Assembly: GCA_035084275.1 (NCBI GenBank) | Contig: CM068747.1 | Location: 4,588,001-4,652,000 of the forward strand | Length of the DNA: 64,000 nt | Reading direction: 5' to 3' | Source of the DNA: Hydrolagus colliei | Lineage: Eukaryota | Part shown: one piece after another, positions 24,376 through 36,672 of the stretch | Position numbering within the stretch: the first letter of the stretch is position 1 | Layout: each line of letters opens with the position of its first letter | The notes under the pieces: generated by a model | The model's input: only the letters and a program-made list of their open reading frames with translations | The model's database searches: none | Told to the model about the DNA's origin: nothing | Position numbers and translations under genes: made by a program

Positions 24376-25667
24376 TAAGAAGCCACATGTAAAAGGTGAA
24401 CCTGCCTTTCAATGTTAGATCTTGCTGTGTAATATTTACAACCTACTCCATTTGTGAATGAAAAACGTTCAAGGTGGGATTACAGGAGGATCAAGAGAGT
24501 AGAACAAGATGACATTACTTTAGAGTTGTAAAAGGCAGTTACTAGGAAGATTTTCTTTACTCAGGGGATAATTAATGACTGGAGCAGGTTAACAGGAAAG
24601 GTGGTAGAGATCAGGACACTGGACTCATTTAAAAAAGAAGCTTGAAGAGAAAATGGAAGGGCAGGAAGGATGCAATTAGACGGGAAGGTTAGATTAGAGG
24701 TCAAGTTAAACTCAAATTATAAAAATGATAGAGCTCGCAAGTTACTCGTATATTGCTTTTATTCCTGTCTTGTACAGAATTATTCACCTTGTTGATGTAC
24801 TTCTGTTTATCGCTGAGGCAGCTGAAATGTGCCAACGCAAACAATCTGTGCCTTGACCGTTAACCACCTCCAAATTCTGCTGGAGTGCCAACTTCAAAAA
24901 GCAACTCCGCCTTTAACCAAGGAAGTCAGTCTAAGGTGATGTGTTATATGTATGCAGTAGTGGGCCTGTTTACGCGCACACACAGAGCAGGGCTGTGCAA
25001 TAAATCTAGGCGGCCTGGAACAAACAGCCTGGGGAGAAGGGGAAGCCTGTGATAGCATTTCTCTGATCTGGCAGCTGCATCGAGATCAACTTTTATTGCT
25101 GCTTCAAGTCCTGCAGGCAGGTCCATAAGCAAATACTTTCCAAAGAAGACGAGAAAGTGTATCCCCTCCCAAACTGCCTTCAGTATCCACCCACTGTATT
25201 CAAAGCCTGTCACCCAGATCTTATCGGCAGTGAATTCTTGCACTTTGCAACATGTTTAAAGCCGTAGCTGGGAGTTCCACCAACAGCAAAATAACATCTG
25301 AATTTTAATCACTAAAAAAGTTGTCCAACAAAAGTATAAGCAGTGGCTGGCTAGGGCTAGAGGGGATTTAGCCCCCACCCTGGATCAGTTTTGACAAAGG
25401 GGATGTTGGGGCCGGCGAGAGACACTTCTCTCCGCTCCGTGTAACAAGACGTGAAGTAAAGTAAGTGTAGCAGTCACTGGAGCCAAGTTATCACACACAC
25501 AACCAAACAGACAAACAGACAGAGAGACACACACACACCTCGCAGTCTTCAGGATGTCCAATGAGTACACAGCTCAGCATCCCCCAGATTATTTTCACCT
25601 GCCACCTATGACCACAAAAGGAGGCTTCTGGATGTCACACAAGTGTCACAGAAGAACACCTAAGACT

Positions 25668-25784
25668 GTTCTCTTGCTCTGACGATGCAACATTTCATAC
25701 CAGAGCGACTGAGATGTCTGCATTTTTCCTCGACCGAGGATTCCCACCAACCCTGGTAGCAAAGGCCCTTGAAAGTGTCCGTCC
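25668..25784 (+). mobile_element. Penelope-like element ORF fragment (RT thumb region)
   Basis: Translates as CSDDATFHTRATEMSAFFLDRGFPPTLVAKALESVR, matching the recalled fish and shark Penelope motif CSD..F......M...F..RG(F/Y)P. Confidence 0.8.
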
Positions 25785-25815
25785 GAACTGAGTCGAAAAT
25801 TAGTTCATCACTCAC

Positions 25816-25860
25816 CGTCGGCCTCAGAAATCCTCCTGAGTGGACTTCAAACAAAAATGG
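25816..25860 (-). CDS. Candidate 45-nt exon (HFCLKSTQEDF* in the chain frame)
   Basis: Acceptor ttgatttgttgcag, donor ACG|GTGAGT. Confidence 0.3.
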
Positions 25861-26184
25861 CTGCAACAAATCAACGCAAGAATACAGTAAAGGATATTAG
25901 AATTGAAGTCTGTGGAACTGAAGAGGTCCCGATAGTGAGCTCCCTCTTAAAAACATAAGAGCAAAAGGTAAATGTATCCCCAAGTGAGTTTGGAGTTTAA
26001 TATTCTTTTCCAAATAATCTATCTCGAAACCTTCCTATTTTCATATTTATGGTGGTTTTCCTGCTGCTGCGAATGCCATTTTCATAGAATAGCAGCCGAT
26101 GAGAAACCGCCGGTAACTCTCCACACGTGACATGGTTTAGGGCTCGCCGCTTGATGTCTCAACTGAGGAAATGGGAGAGATTAC

Positions 26185-26239
26185 CGTTCCCATCTGTGCA
26201 GCATTAGGAAAGTCGAGTGAAGAGCTAAAGGGGAAGAAC
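26185..26239 (-). CDS. Candidate 55-nt exon (GSSPLALHSTFLMLHRWER)
   Basis: Acceptor ctctttgcttgcag, donor ACG|GTAATC; phase matches both neighbours. Confidence 0.3.
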
Positions 26240-26419
26240 CTGCAAGCAAAGAGTGTGGGGGTGGTGTGGGGGTTGGGGGGGCGGCCAATTTCAGATGTAA
26301 ACCATGTGTTTAACCATGAACCTTCCACAAAGTCAGGAGAAGTATACAACGGTCTCAGCTGACTCCGACAAGTCCCAGCTGATGCCGCAGAAGAAGCAGG
26401 AAAATTTGCAGTTATTGCA

Positions 26420-27087
26420 CCCCCTTTCTGCTGAATCCACCACTACCTTACACCTCAGGCCGCTGAAACCCTCATTCATGCCTTCATCTCATCCGGGTTT
26501 GATTTCGCCAACACCCTGCTTGTCAGCCTTCCCAATTCCTCCCTCCATAGGCTGCACATAATCTAGAACTCTGTGGCCCATAGCCTCTACCGCTCCAAGC
26601 TCCATGACTCCATCTCCCCATTCCCGTGTGACTCCATTGGCTCCCCATCACCCAGAGGATTTAATTCAAGATCCTGATTCTCACCTTCCTTCAAAACCTT
26701 CCTTGGCCTCACCCCACCCTACCGCTGGGACCCCCCCCACCAACCCCCCTACCAACCTGCCTTTCCCCTCTGCTCAGCAGGCTCCAGCCTGCTCCATGTC
26801 CCCCGACCCGACCGCCCCACCATCGGTGGGCGAGCCTTCAGCCACTCTGCCTGGAAACCTCTGGAATTCCATCCCGCAGTCCCACCACCTCGCCCCCTCC
26901 CTAGCTTCCTTCAAGTCCCGCCTCAAGACTGTCTTCGATGGTCCCATCGGTCTCCCCAATTCCCCTCCTTTCCCTCCACCCTCCCCATTCCCGATTCTAG
27001 CTCAGGTCTGAAACATTGACTTTCCAGCACTTTGAGACGTCCTCCTGACATGAAAGGTGCTATACAAGTGTAATTTTGTTGTTGTTG
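26420..27087 (+). mobile_element. Decayed L2 3' portion
   Basis: AAETLIHAF, LWNSIPQSHHLAPSLASFKSRLKT, 3' hairpin and (GTT)n tail. Confidence 0.9.
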
Positions 27088-27179
27088 AATAGTCTCTCTG
27101 TGATAAAAGGATTAGATCAGAGAGAAATGTTGGGCCACGTATTTTGCTTCATCTGTAACTGGCACAGTTTCCACCCCTT

Positions 27180-28171
27180 TAAAAATTGCTGCCTTTAGCC
27201 CTCTCCTAAAAAGCTCTCCCTGGACCCATCCCTGCTCATTAACTACCACTCCATCTCCAACCTCCCTTTCCTTTCCAAGGTGCTTTTAAGTGTAGGTGCT
27301 TCTCAGCTTCTCAGCCCTCCTGATTGGCTCAAGCCAGCGCCTCCGCACATCGGGCGCTGCCAGCCTCAACATCCAAGGCTGCACTCTCCACCTCACAAAG
27401 CCAATCAGGAACCTCGGCATCATGTTCGATCAAAAACTTTCCTTCCTCCCCCACATCCGCGCCTTGACCGGCACCGTTTATTTCCACCTGCGCAACATTG
27501 CCAGGCTCCGCAACTATCTTACCCCCCGCGCTGCAGAAACACTCGTGCACGCATACATCACCTCACGGCTGGACTACGGAAACTCTCTCCTCGTCGGCCT
27601 CCCCAGTTCCTCCATTCACAGGCTGCAGGTCATCCAAAACTCTGCAGCCCGTGTACTATCCCGCACCCGCCTCCGCGACCACATAACCCCCACCCTCACC
27701 CGTCTCCATTGGCTCCCCATTCTCCAGAGGATCGAGTTCAAGATCCTCGTCCTCACTTACAAGGCCATACACGGCCTTGCCCCGCCCTATTTAACCGATC
27801 TACTTTCCCCCTACAAGCCCACCCGGACCTTCCGTTCAACAGGACTTGGCCTGCTCCAAGCCCCCCGCCTGAACCGCCCCACCATCGGAGGCCGGGCCTT
27901 CAGTTTCTCCGCTCCCACCCTATGGAATGCCATCCCTCAATCCCTCCGTTTCGTTTCTTCCCTTTCCTCTTTCAAGGCCGGTTTGAAGACTTTCCTCTTC
28001 GATCGTGCCTTTTGTTCCATCCCGAACTCTTCGACCTCCCCTTCGTGTTTCACCCCTTCCCAAACACTCCCCTCTCAGCTCGGGTCACAAGCCTCCTGTG
28101 CAGCGCCTTGGGACGTCCTCCCGACATGAAAGGCGCTCTATAAATGTAATTTGTTGTTGTTGTTGTTGTTG
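27180..28171 (+). mobile_element. Young L2 copy: open C-terminal ORF2 (27296-28129), RT core deleted
   Basis: IRNLGIMFDQKLSF...LVHAYITSRLDYGNSLL...LQVIQNSAARVL...LHWLPI.QRIEFKIL...GGRAFSFSAPTLWNAIP with no stops and CpGs retained. Preceded directly by NYHSISNLPFLSKVL. Ends in a (GTT)n tail. Confidence 0.93.
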
Positions 28172-28233
28172 TAGCTTCACTCCTTCCTCTCTTACCACTC
28201 CCTTAAGGAACTCCTCCAATCAGGCATGGAGTA

Positions 28234-28533
28234 GTGGAGTTCGGCAGCTCAGTGGTTAGAGCACTCGCCTTACAAGTGTGAAACCTGTGTTTGAATCCAG
28301 GCAGTGCGAAACCTTGAGCATGTTTCCTTACTCCACACGCCTCATAATAATCTTTCAAAGAAAACTATAATAAATTGGTCATTTAAATCCACGACTGTTT
28401 GTTTGACACTGCTCTGTGCAATTGGCTGCAATGTTTCGCCCACAAATATAATATATACATTATAATCTGTGAAGCGCTTTGAGATGTGTAGAAAACGTGA
28501 AAAGCGCTATATCAAATGCAAGGATTATTATTA
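28234..28533 (+). mobile_element. Full-length dominant tRNA-SINE
   Basis: A/B boxes and (TTA)n tail. Confidence 0.9.
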
Positions 28534-29916
28534 TAGGATGGCGAAACTGTGGAATCAAATCAGACAAAAAATTAGACATGAAATAACCATGGTTCCCTTT
28601 GGTGGTTTTCGATTTCCAAACTGGTTATTGGCTTTTCAGACCCCTCTCTTTGACCATGGTTTCAGTCACCCTCCGACCCCTACCCTCTCCGCTCTCCACC
28701 TCTCCTGGTCCCAATCATCAGCTCTGGTGCGGATCCATGTCTGTCCAGCACTTTGGGACATCCTCCGGATGTGAAAGGCGCTATACAAATGTAATTTGCT
28801 ATTGTTGTTGTTTTCTTCATCTGAGCTTTTTTTCTGATCTGGTGAAAAATAAATACCAAGAGTCAGAGTGTGTGATTGAAGCAGACAGAAACTTTAAAAG
28901 CATGCTCGGTTTATGCCTTAGTCGAACATAGGATCTTAGTATAATCTTTCTTCTTTATGATATCACGCATCAGAACTTCCTCCACCCACTTTTTTAAAGG
29001 TACGAAATATGATAGAAGCTGCATCTTTTAAAATCTAGACAGGATGTTCTGCGCCCTAAGGAATATCTGTGCCTCTGATGTTAAGAATCTTCAGCTGTTT
29101 TCCATCAGTTTTCTGTAAGGTTTAATCAGTGGAATCGGTTCAGTCTGAATGATTTCCTTCACTGAGCTGTTTATATAACTTAGGAGCCGCATCTACTGAT
29201 CTATCCTCATGTACAGCCTACGATGTTTATGCGAAGTTTAAGGAAAATATTAGCAAGTCGTCGTAATTTTTAATATTAGAAATTGTGGTTTTATAATACT
29301 CACAATAATAATCCTTTAATTTGCCTGCAAGATACAGTCACTACACTTTACTGTAAAATCAAAAGAGGGTTTCGAGACATCCTTCTGATGTGAAAGCTGA
29401 CATATCAAATGCAAACTTTTTTTGCATTTGACATATTTCCTTATTGAGTTGTTGAAGTGTCTCAAAGCCCTCCACAGGATTTACTGTAAATAATAATCAT
29501 CCTTGCATTTGATATAGCACCTTATCATATCTTCCAGATGTCTCATAGCACTTCGCAGAATATACTGTAAAGTGAATTGACTGTATTTTGTGAGCGAAAC
29601 ACTACAGCCTATTGCGCACAGCGTCTCACAAACAGTCATAAATTGAGTGACCAAATATTTTTTTCGAAGTACTGTCTATCTACTTGCTGTTATTTTCTTG
29701 GATGTAAAGAAAGAGTTTGATTTGATGTTTGTGAAACTAATCTCAATGCTGGGATATATTATTATTTTCACTTGTTGCATATACAGCATTTGTCAAAAGT
29801 GAGAATTTGTTCAGGTTAATACACTCTTTTTGTGTAAATTCCCCCATTGTACTGCAGTTGGTTTGCATCAGCTGTTATTCCAGGGCTGAAAAAATGACAG
29901 CCAAAAACATATCTAC

Positions 29917-30045
29917 CTGTTCTCCCAGGTATTGATCCCAAAGTGTTCAACTTCACTAATTGACTAGCATCACTGTTCATCCATGTCTGGAAATCCAGCC
30001 GGATTTTCAGCCAAAGCTGAGCTTTAGATGATTTGACTTCCACTA
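29917..30045 (-). CDS. Candidate 129-nt exon (VEVKSSKAQLWLKIRLDFQTWMNSDASQLVKLNTLGSIPGRT)
   Basis: Acceptor aacag (weak pyrimidine tract), donor CAG|GTAGAT; open frame, phase 1 at both ends matching its neighbours. Confidence 0.3.
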
Positions 30046-30119
30046 CTGTTATTGTTGAAAATTGAAGTCGCAAGATCACTCAATTGGTTCAGAAGAAGAC
30101 CCGTGGGCCCACTTGATTC

Positions 30120-30421
30120 TGGAGTCCTGAGCTCAGGGATTAGAGCACTTGCCTTGCAACTGGCAGACTTGGGTTGAATTCCAGGCAGGTCAAAACCTTG
30201 GGCAAGTTTCCTTACTCGACCTGCCAAATAATAATTTCTTGAAAACAACACTAATAAATTGGTCATTTCAATCCACGACTGTTTGTGGGACACTGCTGTA
30301 CACAATTGGCTACTGTGTTTGCCCACAAATACAGTCAATTCACTTTGCAGTGTATTCTGTGAAGTGCTTTGAGATGTCTAGAAGACGTGAACAGCGCTAT
30401 AACAAATGCAAGGATTATTAT
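30120..30421 (+). mobile_element. Full-length tRNA-SINE (TTGCAA loop variant)
   Basis: Head GGAGTCCTGAGCTCAGGGATTAGAGCACTTGCCTTGCAA; standard tail. Followed by an inverted long-form copy at ~30440-30600. Confidence 0.88.
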
Positions 30422-31225
30422 CAAATGCAAAGATCATTATTATCCCTGAAAAAGCAATCCACCAATTGATAACAACCAGGTTCCTACTTACTGCTAGGTA
30501 AACAGAGATGTGTGGAGTAAGGAATCTTGACCAATGTTTACCCTCCCCAGGAATCAAATCCAGATCCTCTTACTTGCAAGATTGCTTGCTCTAACCAAGA
30601 AGATTTGTAGGCATACGTACAACATGTGTTCCTATATGTAATATGAGAATGTTGGATTAGAAAAGGCCACTTTGGTCCCCAAATACATTGTAAGTTCTAC
30701 TAAGCATCAAGATAATTTCCAAATCTGCATCGATCCATTGGCCAATTCCAATGTGCTAGTGTGGCTACTGGAATTAATAATAACAATATGTGAATGGCGA
30801 ATCTGCAGATCCAGTCAGATCAAAATCGAAGGATGGTAGAATAGCAGAGATGGTAATTAAAGGCTTCATCAAAGCCTCATCGGCCAATCAAAGCCTCGAC
30901 AAACAATATATAAAAAAATCATTCCTACTCTGTTCTAAGTTACTCGTCCAAATGCTGCAAAGTTATTTAGCCCTTCAGCTTAGTGAAGTAGTCGGTGCTG
31001 CGTAAAATACTCATCTTGGATTCATTTTTTATGATCCTTTCACTGTTGAGTCCTGCTGTTTTCCAGATGTTTAAAGTAATACTAAATTTAGCAAAACAAA
31101 AACAAGAAATGCCATTGAATTGCCAGCAAGTGTAAAATGAACCAATGCTGGAGGGAGGAGGAGACAGTGTGTTTGATCTCTCTGTCAATCCAACGAGGAA
31201 AGGGAACTGAGTTCATCATTCTTAC

Positions 31226-31395
31226 GGGCAAACAAGAACATTTCCCATTGATGGGAATAGTTTGAGAATATTTCCCGATAAAGCCAGGAAAGAACTCCGT
31301 TGGGTTTAACAATTTTTGTATTTCCCAGTAGGCGACAATGGATATGGATCAAGAATAGGAAACTTGGCTGATTTTTTCCCTTCCCAAGCACATTG
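31226..31395 (-). CDS. Candidate 170-nt exon (NVLGKGKNQPSFLFLIHIHCRLLG...SWLYREIFSNYSHQWEMFLFA), partly LF-SINE-like
   Basis: Acceptor gtttcattttacag, donor CCC|GTAAGA, 56 open codons. Confidence 0.3.
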
Positions 31396-33571
31396 CTGTA
31401 AAATGAAACACCACTGGCCTAAATGAGACCAGCTAACACCATGTACCCATGCGGGAACAACTAATATGAAATTAAAACAGTTTGCTGTTTATAAACAGTC
31501 TTTGGTTTCTCCTCCTTGCGAAAGTATTTCCTACAAAACTAGTCACAACCAACACCCCTCATATGAGACTGACCATACATCTCAAATATATAAACATCGC
31601 AAATATAATTTGAGATATCCTTTAACACATTAATCACAGGATCTTACATGGTGTCCACCAATAATCCTCCAAATAAATGTGGTCACTCACTCCATTGTTG
31701 TTTGTGGACTTTAATGTTTGCAAATTGACTGTCACATTCATTGAAGTTGGGAGGGATGTGGTTTACTTTTTTTAAAAATTAAAAGGAATTTTCTAATTTT
31801 CAAAAGTGAAAACACATTTCAGTTTCAAATGAAAGGGTTTTTGTATAAAAGGCTTTTTTGTTTGAAGGTGAGAATTAATTAAATACTATAGTAAGTGTTG
31901 AAATAAACTTCACTGCAGCCAAGAGGCAAAACAAAGGCCTGGGGCGAGGAAAGAGAAGTTCCATGATAATACTGGAATAATAAAAAAAATCTTGTATTTA
32001 CAGAGCACCGTTCATACAAAATAAATGTCTCAAACCACTTTACTACATGTAATGGATGTCCTCCTGACGTGAAATTTATAAATTTGATCACCTGGGAGGA
32101 AGACTCCATATTTCTTTGATGTTGGAAAGACAGGGCAATCCCTATATGTTTGATCTGGCAAAAAAAAGCAACTTTGAGAAGAGACATAATTCGCAAAGAA
32201 TCTGTCACTTATTTGGTCAAAAATTCAATAAAAATATTCACACATGGAACTCCATGTGGTACTAGTTATGACAGACCAGTATCAATATTATACTTGCTAA
32301 CCCTCCAATATTGTACTGAAGGAATTACACCTCTGCCAAATAGCAAGAAGGAGAGACAAGCCTCAAGGGTTTCATTCCATGTTGATTCCAGTACAAAGAG
32401 AAAGACAAAGAGACTTATGTCCAACTCAGAACCATTTTGGTCTCCTTAGATAAGGAGACCAAAACTGCACACAATATACTAGGTGTGGCCTCATCAAGGC
32501 CCTATACGTTGCAGCAGGACTCCCCAACTCTTATATTCCAACCCTTATGTTCTTATGTTTTAGATATCAAATAAGACTCTCCATAACTCTTTGTTATCAA
32601 ACCATCATTTGTACAAAAAAGCTATCTGCCGTGGTTGGAGCTAGTTTCAAGTCTTGCAGATTGAATGCTGAACTCAATACATATTTGCTAACCACATTAA
32701 TATAAACAGAGTAAACTCTGATCTGCTAACAATCAGCTAGATAATGTAAACCACTCCATCAGTCACTGTCATGGGTGGTTTAATTCCCATTTCTTGTTCT
32801 TTGTCCTTTAACAGATTTTCAGTCTGTGGTTGAAAACGGTCACATAGTATTGTATTATCTGAGGTTTCGTGCTTCAGTATGAGACACTAGAGCAAGGTTT
32901 TGTTGGGTAGACGTTAAAGTTTCAGTGGCACACTCTAATGAAATAGGTGTTTCACCTCCAGGCTGTGACATTGCAAATTGGTTGTTCGGTTCACCCACAC
33001 TGTGCAGGTAATAATAATAATAATATTATTATTATATTATTGCACAGTCACTACACTTTGCAAAAAACTCTCTGAAGCAATTTAACATGTGTTGATGTGG
33101 TTCTTTCCTCAAGGGTGGGGGAGGGTGGGGATGTTAGATAGTGGAGTCTACTTTGAGCTGAACTGTCTCCGAGGTCTTCGTGTTTGGCAAAAGAGTGTCA
33201 GAATCGAGCCAACCCTTCCTGGCAGTCTTTATAGTCCAGTTCCTGAGCCAGGTGGGTGTGCAGTAATCCAGGACACTGCTGATGACAGGCAAACCATTTT
33301 GGCTTATCAACAAGACTTGGAAGGCCAGATCAGTCACTGAGGCAGGGACTCTTTCCACTCACCTCCGGTAACCCTACGAGCCAAAGCCCTAATGGGTAGG
33401 TCCCATAATAGTTTATGGTCACAGCTGGACAAGCAGTGGGAAAGCTGGTTTTACAGTGCTTTCGATGGCGAGCTATGCAGTTTTAGTTGGTTAGATTCCA
33501 GCAGTACCCGAATGCATCTCTGTGATCTCCAAGCCTTGTTTCTTGCCAAACCATACCTAATACTAACAAAA

Positions 33572-33742
33572 CACAAAATACTACAGATGTTGGGAATCTG
33601 AAACAAAAACAGAAGTTGCTGGGGAAACTCAGCAAGTCAGGCAGCATCCATGGAGAAGAAAAAGGAGTCAACGTTTCGGGTCTACAACCCTTCGTCAAAC
33701 AAGCTCCAGTTCTGACGAAGGGTTGTAGACCCGAAACGTTGA
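33572..33742. mobile_element. Penelope-type fold-back with perfect 30-bp inverted repeat and minimal hammerhead core
   Basis: 33668-33697 and 33713-33742 are exact reverse complements with a 15-nt spacer. Core reads CTGACGA-A-GGGT-tgtag-ACCC-GAAAC-GTT. Confidence 0.8.
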
Positions 33743-36254
33743 GTAAACAGGATATATCCCTCCAGGAAGAGGATGCAAGTTCCATTCCAATAAATCCCTC
33801 TGGAATTTCCGTGTATAGATGGGATGCATGGAATTCTCATCTTGGTTTGGATGCTCTTAAGCATGGTGATTGATTCCCACATCTGCCAAAAACAAGTTGA
33901 TGTGGTAAGGCACATTTACAAATGCCGAGTTTTTTCTACACCTAAGGTATAGCAGGGAAATAGATTATGTAGTGGGATTTGTCAGACAGAACACATTCTT
34001 TTCGTCTGTATTTGTACATTCTTATGCATTATGAACCGTGGGTTATGAATTGTGCTATGGATAGTGGGAATGATGGCTTCATCTAAGGTAATTTATTGGA
34101 ATGGAATACGCATTCTCATGATATGGTGAGTTGTGATCTTGAACAGCTTACCAAGAAAGCGATTGAGGCTACTCTCTCTCTCTCCTCCTGGTGGCCGGTG
34201 ACAGGGCTTCCAATGTTTTACTGGTGATAGCTACGAGACACTTTTCTTCGCAATCTTAACTGCAGTCTGAGCCCATGACTCATAAAATCCTCTGAACCAA
34301 ACATTCAATGTTCTTATATAGTAATTGAACTTCTAAGAGTCATTTTGAAGTTTGAACCATCCCAAATCAGCAAATTTGTTGGCTGCGATAGGCTATGTGA
34401 TCGTCCTTCAACCACAGCTTCCAGCTGTGAGTGACACGTTCTTACCCCTCTCTACAGGAAAAAGTTCCTACAAAACTCAAACATAAATATTTAAAATATA
34501 TATATTAATAAGCTTATTCAACATACAACATTCATTCCGCGAGTTTGGAGCTGGACTGTGTAAGTGACGTCTACAAATGTTGTTTACCAGTTGCACGTTA
34601 CTGTACTGCCAATAGACCAGAAAGCAGAACAAACAAGTCAGTGGAAAGAATGATAACCACAGCCTCAAAAGTGGACAGAGGCTTATTTTACTCACTTATT
34701 GCAGGACTGATAAACAAATCCCTGATTAGTGTGTGGGTGAAACTTGGCTGTTGAAACTTGGAAAAAGACTGTTCGGAATGTCAAATAACATTATCCAACA
34801 TTGGGATACTGCTGTGGGCAAATTGGCTACCGTGTTCACTCAAGAAACTTGCGTTCACTACATCTTGATTGCTTCTGTTATGGTGGAAAATGCCCTTTAC
34901 TGATTTTCATGTTTTTCTATCATTTTGATACTCTCGTTGGGGTTTGTTCGGATATTTTCAGGTAAAACCCACAATTACTGATTTGTAAGATGCTTCAATT
35001 TTAATCTAGCTGCCTTCCCCTTTTTCATGCTTTATAAATACATTTGACATCAACTCTTATACCATGTATGGTCAACAGTTTTTGCATTTTTCTGTCAACG
35101 TTTTTCAGATTGCTATTGTTATTATTATTATTATTATCACCATTGAAGGGATGGACAGCACCCTAACAAAAATCTGTCATTTTTCCAATTTGAGGGTTCA
35201 CGAAATTAAAGTTCACAATCTGAATCCAGCAAGAGATTTACTGCTCCATTAGTATCACATTTCCATTCCCCCACCCCCACTCCATAAAGCACATCAGTAT
35301 AAATTACCTAAAGCCTTACCTATGCTGCTAGATGTGAAACCATATCCAATCAATACAGAGGTATGCAGCGAAAAAGATTATTTCACCCACAAGATATACT
35401 GTCTACTTTACTCAGAACATCCTGAGAAGTGGTTTGAGGTGTCTCAAAGATGTGATAAGGTGCTATACAAATTGCAAGGATTATTATTATCATTATTAAA
35501 CTTGCTGTTCACTATACTGTTAATGAACCCAGTTGGGCATTCACAGAATCCAGATATCAGCAGTTATTTTTGTAAAGATGGAGCTGGCCAACTCTTCAAA
35601 CCCATGAGGAAATAGTCCCATGAAAATCTTTGACTCTCATTGGATCAAGAATTTGCAAAGAACAACAACTTTGATTTATATAGTGCCCTCCAGCACTATA
35701 TAGCGCCGGACAACGTCTCAGAGCGCAAAGAAGTGATGTGGGACTGAATTCATCTGCTTCCAAATTACTTTTCTCCACGCCAATGTACAGATAAAGAGGG
35801 CATTAGGTACTTATCAAGTAAGCCATCCATGTGAGTCACATCCAAAGGAATTAAGTTTAAACTACAAGCCTTCACAGAGGCAGTATTAGTCCCTTTCTAA
35901 CCATTACATTTTAAAGCAGAATGCTCTGGGTGTGACCACAGCAACAAAATTAAATTTTTTGAGTGCCCTTCACATCAGGAGGACGTCCCAAGGCACTGAA
36001 ATGGTGACTATATTGCTCACACAATCCCCCCACAATATCATTTATGAATAATAATAATCATTGTATTTTATATAGTTCCATATCACACTGTTAAATCACC
36101 TCAAAGTGCTTCTAATGGTTTATTACAGCATGTGGTGATTGAATTTGCAGCTAAATATGAAGATAGAGGTCTGAAATTACAGCTAATTTTTATCTGTAAG
36201 ACATATTTGTCCAAAAAATTTAAGCTTGCATAAAATTGTAGAAAGTTCTTAAAT

Positions 36255-36672
36255 TCATAGAATCATAGAATTTTACAGCACGAAAGGAGGCCATTCAGCC
36301 CATCTAGTCTGTGCCGGCTCTTTGAAAAGAGCAACTCAATCCCACTGCCCAGCTCTCTCCCCATAATCTAACAGACCTGCTTTCCCTAAATAAAGATCTA
36401 ATTCTCGTTTAAAAGCTGTTATCGAATCTGCCTCCACCACCTTTTCAGGCAATGCATTCCAGATTCGAACAACCCACTGAGTGAAAAAATTTCTCCTCAG
36501 CTCCCCTCTGCTTCATTTTAAAACTATTTTAAATCTGTGACCACGAGTGACCATGAGTCACAGATTCGCCCACCAGTGGAAACAGTGTTTCCTTATTCAC
36601 CCTGTCAAATCTCCTCATGGTTTTATAAACCTCTATTAGTTCTCCTCTCAACCTTCTCTGTTCCAAAGAACA
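36255..36672 (-). mobile_element. CR1 LINE 3' fragment
   Basis: CATAGAATCATAGAAT tail repeat, GGAGGCCATTCAGCCCATC, GCCTCCACCACCTTTTCAGGCAATGCATTCCAGAT. Confidence 0.85.

Noticed and set aside
23835-24418. Long ORFs containing X runs
   Set aside because: Artefacts of the N gap.
27280-28143. 287-aa Pro/His-rich ORF overlapping L2 ORF2
   Set aside because: Alternative frame of C-rich L2 sequence, where stop codons are compositionally rare.
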